From NCBI GenBank assembly GCA_005882335.1, contig VBAP01000060.1, forward strand, positions 850-64,849: a DNA stretch of 64,000 nucleotides, in the 5' to 3' direction. The notes under the pieces were generated by a model. It searched no databases. It had not been told where the DNA came from and saw only the letters and a program-made list of their open reading frames with translations. This DNA is from Candidatus Segetimicrobium genomatis (GTDB lineage: Bacteria > Sysuimicrobiota > Sysuimicrobiia > Sysuimicrobiales > Kaftiobacteriaceae). This document shows, piece by piece, positions 17,692 to 26,843 of the stretch. The position numbers and the translations under genes are program-made. Within the stretch, counting starts at the first letter, position 1. Each line of letters starts with the position of its first letter.

Positions 17692-18344
17692 GGTATGCGC
17701 AGCGTATAGCCGATGCCACGGACCGTCGCGATGATGGTGTGTGCATGGTCACCGAGGTTGTCACGCAGGCGTCCCACCGTTACTTCAACCACGTTGCTCT
17801 CTCCCTCGAAATCGACACCCCAGACGCGATTGATCAACTCGTCCCGGCTGAACACCCGCCCGGGACGGCGCGTGAGCGCGGCCAGCAGATCGAACTGACG
17901 CGCGGAGAGTTCGAGCGGCCGGTCGTGCCACCAGGCCCTGCGCTGGTCGGGATCCAGGCACAACGCCCCGGCTCGGATCTGGCCTCCTCCCCGCCCCGTA
18001 CGCTTGAGTACCGCGTGCACGCGGGCTGACAGTTCTTGGAAACTGAAGGGCTTGGTGACGTAGTCGTCCGCGCCGGCCTCGAAGCCCGCGACTTTATCCC
18101 GGAGTTCGCCGCGGGCGGTGAGCATGATGATGGGCAGGTCGTACGAGCCGCGGATCAATCGGGCCAGTTCGAGCCCGTCAGCGTCCGGCAGCATCAGGTC
18201 GAGGAGGACCAGATCGTAGGTCTCATCGAGCGCATCCAGGCTGCCCTGCAGGCTGAGGCATACTTCATCTCCTTCGTGCTGCAGGGCCGCCTGCAGGAGT
18301 TCAGCGATGGTGCGGTCGTCTTCGATGACGAGGATCTTCGCCAT
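17688..18344 (-). CDS. OmpR/PhoB family response regulator
   Basis: Start at MAKILVIEDD; LLDLMLP, MLTA, DDYVTKPF, winged-helix TVRGIGY. Confidence 0.92.
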   Translation of the reverse strand: MAKILVIEDDRTIAELLQAALQHEGDEVCLSLQGSLDALDETYDLVLLDLMLPDADGLELARLIRGSYDLPIIMLTARGELRDKVAGFEAGADDYVTKPFSFQELSARVHAVLKRTGRGGGQIRAGALCLDPDQRRAWWHDRPLELSARQFDLLAALTRRPGRVFSRDELINRVWGVDFEGESNVVEVTVGRLRDNLGDHAHTIIATVRGIGYTLRIP

Positions 18345-18670
18345 GGCAGCGGGATCTGGCCAGAAGATCAGCGGCGGGCGCGAGGCGAGTGTTCCTGGGG
18401 CCGGTCGGCCTTGCGGCTGAAGGTGACCAGTCCTGCGCACCCTGCGCCGAAGATGCCAAGTTTCATGTCAGTTATTTATACCCGTCAGAACACCGGAGAT
18501 GATCGTTCGAGTGAGGACGAAGCGCCTCCCAAAAACCCTGTAGATCGATTGGAGGAAATGCCTTGACATGGCCCTCAAACGAGGGATGGGCATGATGACT
18601 GACCGACAGAGACAGATGCCCGACGTGTGAATCGGCACAGCGAGCGCGCGCGTGATCATGGCCCGAGCGG

Positions 18671-19330
18671 CTATTTGATAAATCCCTTCCGGATGGCGTG
18701 GGCAACTGCCTGGGTGCGATTCCGGACGTTGAGTTTCTGCAAAATGTTGCGGATGTGCGTCTTGACCGTGCCCTCGGAGACCGTGAGCTTGCTCGCGATC
18801 TGGCGATCTGTACTGCCGTTGGTGAGTTCCACAAGGACCTCGAGTTCTCTCGCGGTGAGGCCCTCGGGTGATGGCCCGAGCCGGGCCGGCTTCCCGTCTG
18901 CCGGATGGCCGACCCGCTCAATGAGCTTGCGGGTGATTTCGGGGTGAAAGAATACCTGCCCCTGGCGCACCGAATTCAGGGCCGTGACGAGATTGGCAGC
19001 CGGGATGTTTTTCAAAATGTACCCGGCGGCCCCCGCCTCGATGGCCGCGAGAGCCTTCGCATCGTCGAGGCGCTCGGTCATGATGATGATTTCGACCCCA
19101 GGCATCGCCTGCTTAATGGCCCGCGTCGCTTCGATGCCGCCCGCCTTGGGGAGGTCCTGGTCCATCAAGACCACCGCGGGATCCAGGCGACGCGTGAGCT
19201 GGACCGCATCTTCTCCGTTGGTCGCCTCTCCCACAATTTCTATGTCGGCGGTGGCTTGACGCAGCGCAGATTTGACCCCTTCGAGGAACAATCCCCAATC
19301 GTCCGCCAGCAGGACCTTGATGATCGGCAT
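18671..19330 (-). CDS. NarL/LuxR family response regulator
   Basis: VLLADD, LMDQDLP, GYILK; HTH LTARELEVL...TVKTHIRNILQKL. Confidence 0.9.
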   Translation of the reverse strand: MPIIKVLLADDWGLFLEGVKSALRQATADIEIVGEATNGEDAVQLTRRLDPAVVLMDQDLPKAGGIEATRAIKQAMPGVEIIIMTERLDDAKALAAIEAGAAGYILKNIPAANLVTALNSVRQGQVFFHPEITRKLIERVGHPADGKPARLGPSPEGLTARELEVLVELTNGSTDRQIASKLTVSEGTVKTHIRNILQKLNVRNRTQAVAHAIRKGFIK

Positions 19331-19714
19331 GAGTCCGTCGCTCCCCCCAAAGCTTCCAAATTAGGTACAAGGACCAAACGCAGATCCTCAGGGGGCCCGG
19401 CGGGCCACCTGCTCAGGGGGGAAATGCTAGGGATGTCACTGCGGCGCGACGACCGGATAGCGCAGTGTACGTCCTGTTAGATATAGGTCTCCCAAGTTCC
19501 TCTATCGTCCGGTATGGGCTTTTGCATAAATCCAACCTGGCTCCCGGGAGCATGCCCGACACCCAGGCTAGGTCCAGCGTGACGCCGGGAATCCCGGGGA
19601 GGGGGGGTTCCGAGGCCAGCACAGGGGCTGTGGGGGCGGGTCGCCCGGATCCTGTCGCCCGCGCCGCGTGGGTGGCGGAGCGCGTCCAGCAGACCGAGCG
19701 TGAAGGTGCGTGCG

Positions 19715-20323
19715 CTACTGGGCGTCGACGGTAATCGTGACCGCGACCGGATTGCCGTCGGAGCCGGTCGTGCCCCGCACCACCACATGCATCCCCGGCC
19801 GCAGATCGCTGAACTTGATCACCGTCAGCCGGAAGACCTGGGCGTCGTTGGGCACCGCGATGATCACGCTGCCGTCTCCCAGCTTCAGATAGAGTGTCCG
19901 CCCTTCGACCCGCCGCACGTTCTGGAAGACCGTGGCATTGGTCATGATATTGCCGGTGTCCATCGGAAACTGCGCCTCGCGCACCCGCCCTTTGAACTCC
20001 GGCGGGAAGATGTTGATGGAGATCGCCGTGAGCGAGCCGTCGGCCTCACGTCTGGCGGTGACCCCGACAAAGTCGTTGGGCTTGATGCCTTCGAGGGTGA
20101 CCGATTTCCGCTGGATGACCACCGTGTCGCCGGTCACGGCGACCCGCACCTGGCTGCCCGAGTTCGTGGCCACGGCGACCGTTCCCATCTCCACCGCGGC
20201 AATGGTCCCCTCAGCCTGAGTGGACGGCCCGGGCGCGGCGAGCACCACCGGCGAGAGAAAAAGCCCCACGGCCGCCACGGCGGTCACCATACCTCTGCCT
20301 GACCCTGCACGTTGGTTGGTCAA
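19715..20323 (-). CDS. Secreted protein with tandem OB-fold-like (DUF5666-like) domains
   Basis: Signal peptide and two repeats of the type LxxIKPxDxVxV / FSDLRPGMHVVV; GAGGAGG RBS. Confidence 0.6.
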   Translation of the reverse strand: MTNQRAGSGRGMVTAVAAVGLFLSPVVLAAPGPSTQAEGTIAAVEMGTVAVATNSGSQVRVAVTGDTVVIQRKSVTLEGIKPNDFVGVTARREADGSLTAISINIFPPEFKGRVREAQFPMDTGNIMTNATVFQNVRRVEGRTLYLKLGDGSVIIAVPNDAQVFRLTVIKFSDLRPGMHVVVRGTTGSDGNPVAVTITVDAQ

Positions 20324-20461
20324 TTCACGTCACCTCCTCGGCACGCTCAAGCGTATCACATCGAGTATCACGGTGTGGTAACGGGACCCATCAGCCCGCG
20401 TCTGCCGGCCCCCCTGCGCGGGCAGAGTCAGCGTAAGATGTCACCCCCTTGAGGTGGATTC

Positions 20462-20707
20462 ATGAAGACACGCGATCAGGCGACCGATCGCCATGGCCTG
20501 CCGCTGATACCCGGTCTGATGGTCCGGGTGTTCGATGCAGCGCGGCAGCTGGAGGCGAGAATTGTGCGCGTGCTCGGCGACTACGACGCGGTGACGGTGC
20601 TCGTGGAAGACCGAACCGGCAGAGCTGAGAGAATGTACCCCGCTGACGGCATCGAAGTGCTGGTGCCGGCCCGCGTTCCCGCACGGAACCGCCAGGGCGT
20701 CGCGTAG
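20462..20707 (+). CDS. Small SH3/KOW-like protein resembling the NusG C-terminal domain
   Basis: GAGGTG RBS; PGLMVRVFD...VTVLVE..TGRA pattern. Confidence 0.55.
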   Translation: MKTRDQATDRHGLPLIPGLMVRVFDAARQLEARIVRVLGDYDAVTVLVEDRTGRAERMYPADGIEVLVPARVPARNRQGVA

Positions 20708-20831
20708 GCCAGGTCATCTCGCGACGTCAGTTCCCCGAGCCCTCTGCCAGGTCGGGGTCAGCGACACGCTGCCTCGGTGCGGGCGACTCGCCGGCGCCCG
20801 GGAAGGGCAAGGACCTAACGAGGGGTGTGCG

Positions 20832-21467
20832 ATGCCGGATATTGTGTTTGTGGCGATCGGACTGGTCGCAGGACTGGCGGTGGGGTGGTTCCTGGCTTCT
20901 TCGCGATCACGCCCTGGCATGGTGAAGCAACTGGCAGAGACAAAAGTCCGCGGCGCACGAGCGGTCGAGGTGATGAAGCAGGAAGTGACCGTGGAACTGG
21001 CCCGCAGGGACAGCGAACTTGCGGAAGCGCGCACCAAGCTGGAGCACGAACTGCACAACGTCGCCAAGATGCAGGCGGAGGTCAAGTACGCGTTCGATCA
21101 GAAGGTGCAGCTGGGCGCCGAGCTGCAGGCGGTCGTCGACGAGAGTTTCCGCGAGATCGGCCAACTCTACGAAATCGGATCATCGCTGGAAGCGGCGGTC
21201 CAGGCCGTCGAAGCCCGGTTACTGGCGGCCACGAAGCGCCTCCGGGAGATGGGCATCGCCGCCGGTGTTCCCGGATCGGTTTCTGTGGGAGCCGGCGCCG
21301 AGCCAGAAAGACCGGAACAACCACAGACGGCCGATTCCGCGGGCGCGGTATCGGAGGCGGTGCGGGTTGCGGGGCCCCCACAGCGGAACCCCGTCAGAAC
21401 TGATAGCGAACTTCCCACCAGGCGAGCCGGTCCTGGCGGGCCCGGCCGGCCACACGCCACTCGTTGA
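20832..21467 (+). CDS. Membrane-anchored coiled-coil hypothetical protein
   Basis: N-terminal TM helix, heptad-rich middle, low-complexity tail; GAGGGG RBS. Confidence 0.6.
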   Translation: MPDIVFVAIGLVAGLAVGWFLASSRSRPGMVKQLAETKVRGARAVEVMKQEVTVELARRDSELAEARTKLEHELHNVAKMQAEVKYAFDQKVQLGAELQAVVDESFREIGQLYEIGSSLEAAVQAVEARLLAATKRLREMGIAAGVPGSVSVGAGAEPERPEQPQTADSAGAVSEAVRVAGPPQRNPVRTDSELPTRRAGPGGPGRPHATR

Positions 21468-21621
21468 GTACCGGCCGACCAGCCGACTCCGAACTTTTTA
21501 CCTGAGGCTGGGAGGCGCCGAGGACGTCCCTCGTGGCGCAGCCGCGCACCGTGTGAACCCCACTGATTCGGTCCAGATGCGTTCCGTGTATTGCCCGTCG
21601 GCGAAGAAGAATCACCCGGAG

Positions 21622-22638
21622 TCAGGAGCGGCTGTCAACCGCCGCGGCGTCGCGCATCGCGTTGATCGTCAAACGCAATCCGGCCTTGAAGTCGATCCGC
21701 GGCTCGTATCCGATCGTGCGCCGGGCGAGGGAGATGTCTGCCTCCGTGTGGCGGACGTCGCCGGCCCGCGGCCCTTCGTGAATCCGGCCCACGCGCCGGC
21801 CGCGGATGCGTTCGATGGCGTGAATCAGATCCATCAGCGTGTACCGCTGGCCGGCACCAATGTTCAGCACGGCTTCGTGTGCCGCTGATTCGGCGGCGGC
21901 CATATTCGCCTCCACCACGTTGTCCACAAAGGTGAAGTCCCGCGACTGCAGGCCATCGCCGTGCACCGGCACGGGCTCATCCCTCATGGCCAGGAGGATG
22001 AACTTTGGAATCACCGCCGCGTATTCGGATGCCGGGTCCTGCCAGGGCCCGAATACGTTGAAGTATCGCAACGAGACGATGGAGAGTCCAAACACACGGG
22101 CGTAGACGGAGCAGTAGGCCTCCGCTGCCAGCTTGCTGGCCGCGTACGGAGACTTCGGCTGCGGGATCTGATCTTCGCGCGATGGGATGTGCGCATCGCC
22201 GTACACGGAGGACGATGACGCGAAGACGACTCGGCGTACGCCGGCCGCCCGCGCCGCCTCGAGCACCCGTAGGGTTCCTGTGACGTTCACATCATGGGTG
22301 GTCCACGGGTCCGCGACCGAACGGGGCACGGACCGCAAGGCAGCCTGGTGGAAGACGACATCCATCCCGGCGCACGCTGTGGCGACAGTGTGCGCATCGC
22401 GGATATCGCCGACCACCACATCGCAGCTTGCGGTGAGCGACACGGCGCCGCCCGATGCTGCGCGCAGCGCGCTCGCAATTTCGGCGTCGGGTACTCCGAG
22501 GGCGCGGCTGAGGTTCGCCGGGCTTCCGGCCCCCAGGTTATCCAGCACCCGCACGGGGGTGCCGCGGGCCACCAGCGCCCGCACGAGATGGGCGCCGATG
22601 AAGCCCGCGCCTCCTGTCACCAAGGCGCGCTTCACCAT
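21622..22638 (-). CDS. NAD-dependent UDP-sugar 4-epimerase (WbpP/GalE-like SDR)
   Basis: TGGAGFIG, HQAALRSVPRSV, ASSSSVYG, SPYAASK, LRYFNVFGPWQDP. Confidence 0.85.
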   Translation of the reverse strand: MVKRALVTGGAGFIGAHLVRALVARGTPVRVLDNLGAGSPANLSRALGVPDAEIASALRAASGGAVSLTASCDVVVGDIRDAHTVATACAGMDVVFHQAALRSVPRSVADPWTTHDVNVTGTLRVLEAARAAGVRRVVFASSSSVYGDAHIPSREDQIPQPKSPYAASKLAAEAYCSVYARVFGLSIVSLRYFNVFGPWQDPASEYAAVIPKFILLAMRDEPVPVHGDGLQSRDFTFVDNVVEANMAAAESAAHEAVLNIGAGQRYTLMDLIHAIERIRGRRVGRIHEGPRAGDVRHTEADISLARRTIGYEPRIDFKAGLRLTINAMRDAAAVDSRS

Positions 22639-22686
22639 GGACGCATCTCCGGATCGGCCGTGTGCGCGTTGCGTAGTACGGGATTC

Positions 22687-24255
22687 TTAGAATTCATAGC
22701 GCGCCTCCCACCACACAAACCAGTCCGCTCGGGTCTGGCCGGCCAGATGCGATGCGTTGAGCACTGACGACCAGCCGGCTCCGATCTCCTGCTGGAGGCT
22801 CGGATCCTGCATCCAGGAATACCTGAGCCGCCACGCCTGCGTCGTTTCCACCACGCCTGACAGATACAGGTTCGCCCAGGCGTCTGCGGGATTGGCCGGC
22901 AGCGGCTGACCGAGCTGTCCCTCGCCTTTGCGCACCAGGTCGTAACCCAGCGTGAGCACGGACCCGGAATCGAACCGGCGCGACAGATCGGCTGACCAGA
23001 GTTCGCAATCCGGCGCGCACCAATGCCCCAGAGCCCTGCCGGAATAGACGTAGTCGCTGGCGCCGCCTGCCGTCGAGTAGATCCAGTTCGTCGCTCGCGT
23101 GTGCTCTAGACGCAGGTCCGTGCGCCCATCCTGAAACGGATTGCCAAAGAACAGCCCGGCTGTTCCTGCGCCGATGCTGGGGAAGGCATTACTGCCTGTG
23201 GAGAGGTTGTCGACGTATAGTTCTCCATACAGAGTGGTGCCTCGTCCGATCCGCCAGTCGAAGTCGAGAGCAATGTTGTAGTTATCGGTGATGCCCATCT
23301 GTTGCTGCCGGATCCATAGATCGAGGCCGTAGGTCAGCAGAGGGATCGGATTGAGCGCGTAGGGCAGGTACACACTTCCTGAGGCCACGACGGTTTCGCC
23401 CACGCCGAGGCGGAGGGCATCGGTGGCCAGCCAATCCACGCGCATGCCGTATAGGTAGCGCTCGGCCCCCTCGCTGAGCAGTCCGAGTAGATTGACGATA
23501 CGGAGCCGGTCGCCTTCGCGCGAAAGCCTCAGCGTTTGCAGCGGGCCGGCGTTGTCAGACAGGAGAAATGCCCCGCGCGCTCCCGGCCCCCACCAGTGCC
23601 GATCGCGCCCCGCCTGCGCGAGTACGGTGTCGCCGCTTGCGCTGGCGTACAGCCGATCGACGCCGATGGTCAGGGGCCCGGGCAGCACGGCGTGCTCCAG
23701 GCGTGCGCCGACCATCAGCAGCGGTCCCAGCCCTGCGGTGCCGGACACCTCGAGCCGCAGCAGGTCCCCGGCATCTGTCGCCCACCGGCGGGAGCCGGGA
23801 GCGGGGAGCCGGGAGCCGTCGATTGAGGGTGAGGCTCCAGACCCCACGCGCCAGACGAGGGCGCGATTCAGCTGAACGCCCCAACCGGTGACGGTCTGAG
23901 CCGACGGCCCCCCAGGAGGCTGGACGACCCGGTATCCGAGCAGCGCCAGTTCGTCCGCGAACTGCAACACCAGCTGTTCCAGTGTGAGCACGCTATACGG
24001 ACTGAAGGCCGCGCGGTCGGCCACCAGGCGGTCCAGGGACCGCGCCACCATGCGGGCCAGCTGGAGTCGTGTGAGTGGTCGCACCGTCGCCGCCCACAAC
24101 GGAGCCAGCCCAGCCGCTGCCAGGCGGTACAGGTCGGCATAGGAGACATCATCAAACGGGATGATGTCGAGCGGATGCGCCGCTGCCGGCCGTCCCGCCG
24201 CAAGCACCGCCGCGAGGCAGAGAACCACCGCGCTTCGCCACCGCGCCTGCTGCAT
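22687..24255 (-). CDS. wzi: Capsule assembly Wzi-family outer-membrane beta-barrel
   Basis: Signal peptide, GRDRHWWGPG...LLSDNAGP Wzi-type motif, alternating beta strands, terminal YEF. Confidence 0.75.
   Translation of the reverse strand: MQQARWRSAVVLCLAAVLAAGRPAAAHPLDIIPFDDVSYADLYRLAAAGLAPLWAATVRPLTRLQLARMVARSLDRLVADRAAFSPYSVLTLEQLVLQFADELALLGYRVVQPPGGPSAQTVTGWGVQLNRALVWRVGSGASPSIDGSRLPAPGSRRWATDAGDLLRLEVSGTAGLGPLLMVGARLEHAVLPGPLTIGVDRLYASASGDTVLAQAGRDRHWWGPGARGAFLLSDNAGPLQTLRLSREGDRLRIVNLLGLLSEGAERYLYGMRVDWLATDALRLGVGETVVASGSVYLPYALNPIPLLTYGLDLWIRQQQMGITDNYNIALDFDWRIGRGTTLYGELYVDNLSTGSNAFPSIGAGTAGLFFGNPFQDGRTDLRLEHTRATNWIYSTAGGASDYVYSGRALGHWCAPDCELWSADLSRRFDSGSVLTLGYDLVRKGEGQLGQPLPANPADAWANLYLSGVVETTQAWRLRYSWMQDPSLQQEIGAGWSSVLNASHLAGQTRADWFVWWEARYEF
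23790..23817. repeat. Four tandem heptamers GGGAGC(C/G) inside the wzi-like CDS
   Basis: GGGAGCC GGGAGCG GGGAGCC GGGAGCC read directly. Confidence 0.8.
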
Positions 24256-24285
24256 GTCAAGGACGCTGCCGGTCGCGCGGCGAGG

Positions 24286-25236
24286 TTACCGTAGGAGCAC
24301 GGACGCGTTAACCGCAACGCCGAGCAGGAGCGCGATGTTCTCGAGCGCAATGGGGTTCTCGGGAACGTAGAGAACGTCACCGCGCCGGAGGGCCACATCC
24401 CGCGCCACATCCCCTTCACGGATCACTTTGAGCAGGTCGACCGGAATTAACTGGATGCCGGCGGCGCTCTGTTTGGCGACGACGACGGTGGCGAGAGTCA
24501 CCTCGGCGGCCGGCTGAGGCGGTTGGATGCCTCGTCTGATGACGTGCGCCCGGTTCAGCATGGCACGCCGGGTCGGACCGCCGGCCAGCGTCAACGCCTG
24601 CAGCGCCGTCAGGGATCCTCGCAGGGGGAAGATCCCAGGTCGCGCCACCTCGCCGAGCACGTAGACGCGCCCGGTTGGGTCTTCGGGGATCACGAGCGCG
24701 TCTCCGGGGAGCAGGGCGAGGTTCGATGCCAGGTCGCCCCGCAGCAGCAGGCGCTCCAGATCGATGAGCACCGGCGCGTCCTGACCCCGGATCAGACGCG
24801 CTTCTCCCAGTCCTGCATCCGTGGCCAGTCCCTCGGCCGCGGCCAGTGCGTCCAAGACCGTCGCTCCCTGCGCGAGTTCATAGACACCGGGTTTTGTGAC
24901 CTGCCCGAGCACTGAGACGCGCACCTTGTGAAACTCGCGCACGATCACGGCCACCTGCGGATTCCGGAGAAACGAGGCAAAGAGTTGGGTGAGTTGCCGG
25001 CGGAGTTGCTCGGGCGTGAGCCCCGCCGCCGCAACTTCCCCGATCAATGGGAGGGAGATCATGCCGTCAGGCCGGATCGTCACGGCGCGGGAGACGTCCG
25101 CGTTGCCGAACACCACGACCTCAAGCACATCCTCCGCCGCCAGGATGTAAGGCTGCTGCGCCTTCACGTGGAACGGGAGAGACGCCGAGAAGACCACGGC
25201 CAGAATCAGCCACGCGGCAATCCTGCGAAACGACAC
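24286..25236 (-). CDS. wza: Polysaccharide export protein (Wza/OPX; Poly_export plus two SLBB domains)
   Basis: YILAAEDVLEV, IRPDGMISLPLIGEV, VLGQVTKPG, VLGEVARPG; GTG start at 25236 after a GGAGG RBS. Confidence 0.85.
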   Translation of the reverse strand: MSFRRIAAWLILAVVFSASLPFHVKAQQPYILAAEDVLEVVVFGNADVSRAVTIRPDGMISLPLIGEVAAAGLTPEQLRRQLTQLFASFLRNPQVAVIVREFHKVRVSVLGQVTKPGVYELAQGATVLDALAAAEGLATDAGLGEARLIRGQDAPVLIDLERLLLRGDLASNLALLPGDALVIPEDPTGRVYVLGEVARPGIFPLRGSLTALQALTLAGGPTRRAMLNRAHVIRRGIQPPQPAAEVTLATVVVAKQSAAGIQLIPVDLLKVIREGDVARDVALRRGDVLYVPENPIALENIALLLGVAVNASVLLR

Positions 25237-25359
25237 GGGTGCACCTCCCCACATTCCAGCTGTTTTTTCCCGCCACCGTTGTCGTCTGCGCGTTCGTCGC
25301 GGGCGGGACGCGATCATAAGAGGCGCACTCCCGCACGTGGGACGGGGTGCACTGTCTGT

Positions 25360-25373
25360 TCAGGTATTTTCCC
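25360..25373 (+). promoter_or_regulatory. Putative transcription-factor site TCAGGTATTTTCCC
   Basis: The identical 14-mer occurs at 31421-31434 and variants occur in other intergenic regions. Confidence 0.5.
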
Positions 25374-25459
25374 ATCATCGCACCAGGTAATCTCTCGATG
25401 AACCATACACGGTCTCCTGGATAAATCTACAGTAGAAGGGAAACGGGGATGGATCAACC

Positions 25460-25666
25460 ATGCCACGGTTTGAAGTATGGCAATCACCGGGAGGGAGGGC
25501 CTGGGAGGGTCCGGATCAGGAAGAGGCGATCCTGACCGCGCTGCGGGTCCGCCAGCCGGGCGTCATCACTGAGGTTGCCGAGGTCTACGATCTGGCCTAT
25601 GAGTTACACCTCCGTCGGATCGCGTGCTTCAACGATGGCGTGAACGCCGACCGGTCCCGCCGGTAG
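25460..25666 (+). CDS. Small hypothetical protein
   Basis: 68-aa ORF with non-biased composition in an intergenic gap; purine-rich sequence upstream. Confidence 0.45.
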   Translation: MPRFEVWQSPGGRAWEGPDQEEAILTALRVRQPGVITEVAEVYDLAYELHLRRIACFNDGVNADRSRR

Positions 25667-25851
25667 ATCCAGGGGGAGGCTGCTATCTGGGCTCATGGTA
25701 TTTCTGAGCCTCTCGTACGCGTAATTCGGACCCTCGACTGATAGATTTTCCTCCACCAAATTCAGGTACTTGCCGGATTGGCGCCCTCGGGTTCCTCCCG
25801 TACGGTACTCTTTAGGAAGTGTAATATCACTGGACTGGACGGGGGCGCGCA

Positions 25852-26571
25852 GTGTCCCTTGCCAGAGGAGTTTCGAGTCCTACGCTCAATCGAACACAGG
25901 CCGCCGCCTCAGGGAGCCCCAGCGCCTCGGCGGCCGAGAAACCGCTGCGCGTCCTCCTGGCTGACGATCACGTAATTTTCCGTCAGGGCGTTCGCACCCT
26001 CCTGGAGCGCTATGAGTTTGAAATTGTCGCCGAGGCCGGCGACGGCCGGGAGGCGATCCAGCTGGCCAAAGACGTCAAACCCGACGTGGCGATTCTCGAT
26101 CTCGCCATGCCGCAACTCAGCGGTCCCGACGCAGCCCAACAGATCGCGCAGGTGTCGCCCCAGACCCGCGCCATCATGCTCACGATGTACTCGGAGGAAT
26201 CCAGCGTCGCAAAGGCGCTGGATGTCGGGATCACCGGGTACGTCCTCAAAATCCAGAGCGCCGCGGATCTGGTGCAGGCGATCCGTGACGTGATGGCCGG
26301 CGGGATCTATTTGAGTCCCGGCATCTCGCAATCCATCGTGAAGGCCTATCTGGCCCGCCACCAGGTAGCCAGCCACCCGCTCACCGTCCGCGAGCAAGAG
26401 GTGCTCCGCCTCGTCGCGGAGGGGAAGACGACGCGGGAAGTGGCGCAGCTGCTCGGCATCAGCGTGAAAACCGCAGAATCGCACCGCATGCGGATCATGG
26501 CCAAGCTCGATATCCACGACACGGCCGGGCTCGTCCGCTATGCCATCCGTCAGGGCCTGATCCAGGCTTGA
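25852..26571 (+). CDS. NarL/LuxR family response regulator
   Basis: VLLADDH, ILDLAMP, MLTMY, GYVLK; HTH LTVREQEVL...KTAESHR. Start position uncertain. Confidence 0.9.
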   Translation: MSLARGVSSPTLNRTQAAASGSPSASAAEKPLRVLLADDHVIFRQGVRTLLERYEFEIVAEAGDGREAIQLAKDVKPDVAILDLAMPQLSGPDAAQQIAQVSPQTRAIMLTMYSEESSVAKALDVGITGYVLKIQSAADLVQAIRDVMAGGIYLSPGISQSIVKAYLARHQVASHPLTVREQEVLRLVAEGKTTREVAQLLGISVKTAESHRMRIMAKLDIHDTAGLVRYAIRQGLIQA

Positions 26572-26843
26572 AAGCGACCTTCCAGACAGCGTCGTTCACC
26601 TCACCCGCCGAAATGCTCATCCCGCGTTCTCGCGGGCGCCAGCGGCCTCCCCGGTCGAGGGTGAGTTTCGTTGCCGTCGAGGCGGACTGTTACCAGGGTG
26701 GTTCGGGAAGGTGAGTTCCCCCTTCGTGCTCAGGTGTTTTCCACAGCGAGTATATCGTTTTTCTGGAGCGATTCCTTGCCATGGCGGGAAAAATTCATCG
26801 TGAGAATTCGCTCGCGGAGATCGTGGCGTCAAGAGGAGAAGTC

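Noticed and set aside
20711..20816. Possible structured RNA bounded by AGGTC...GACCT
   Set aside because: Only short GC-rich stems are present, with no recognisable riboswitch or ncRNA motif; a covariance search would be needed.
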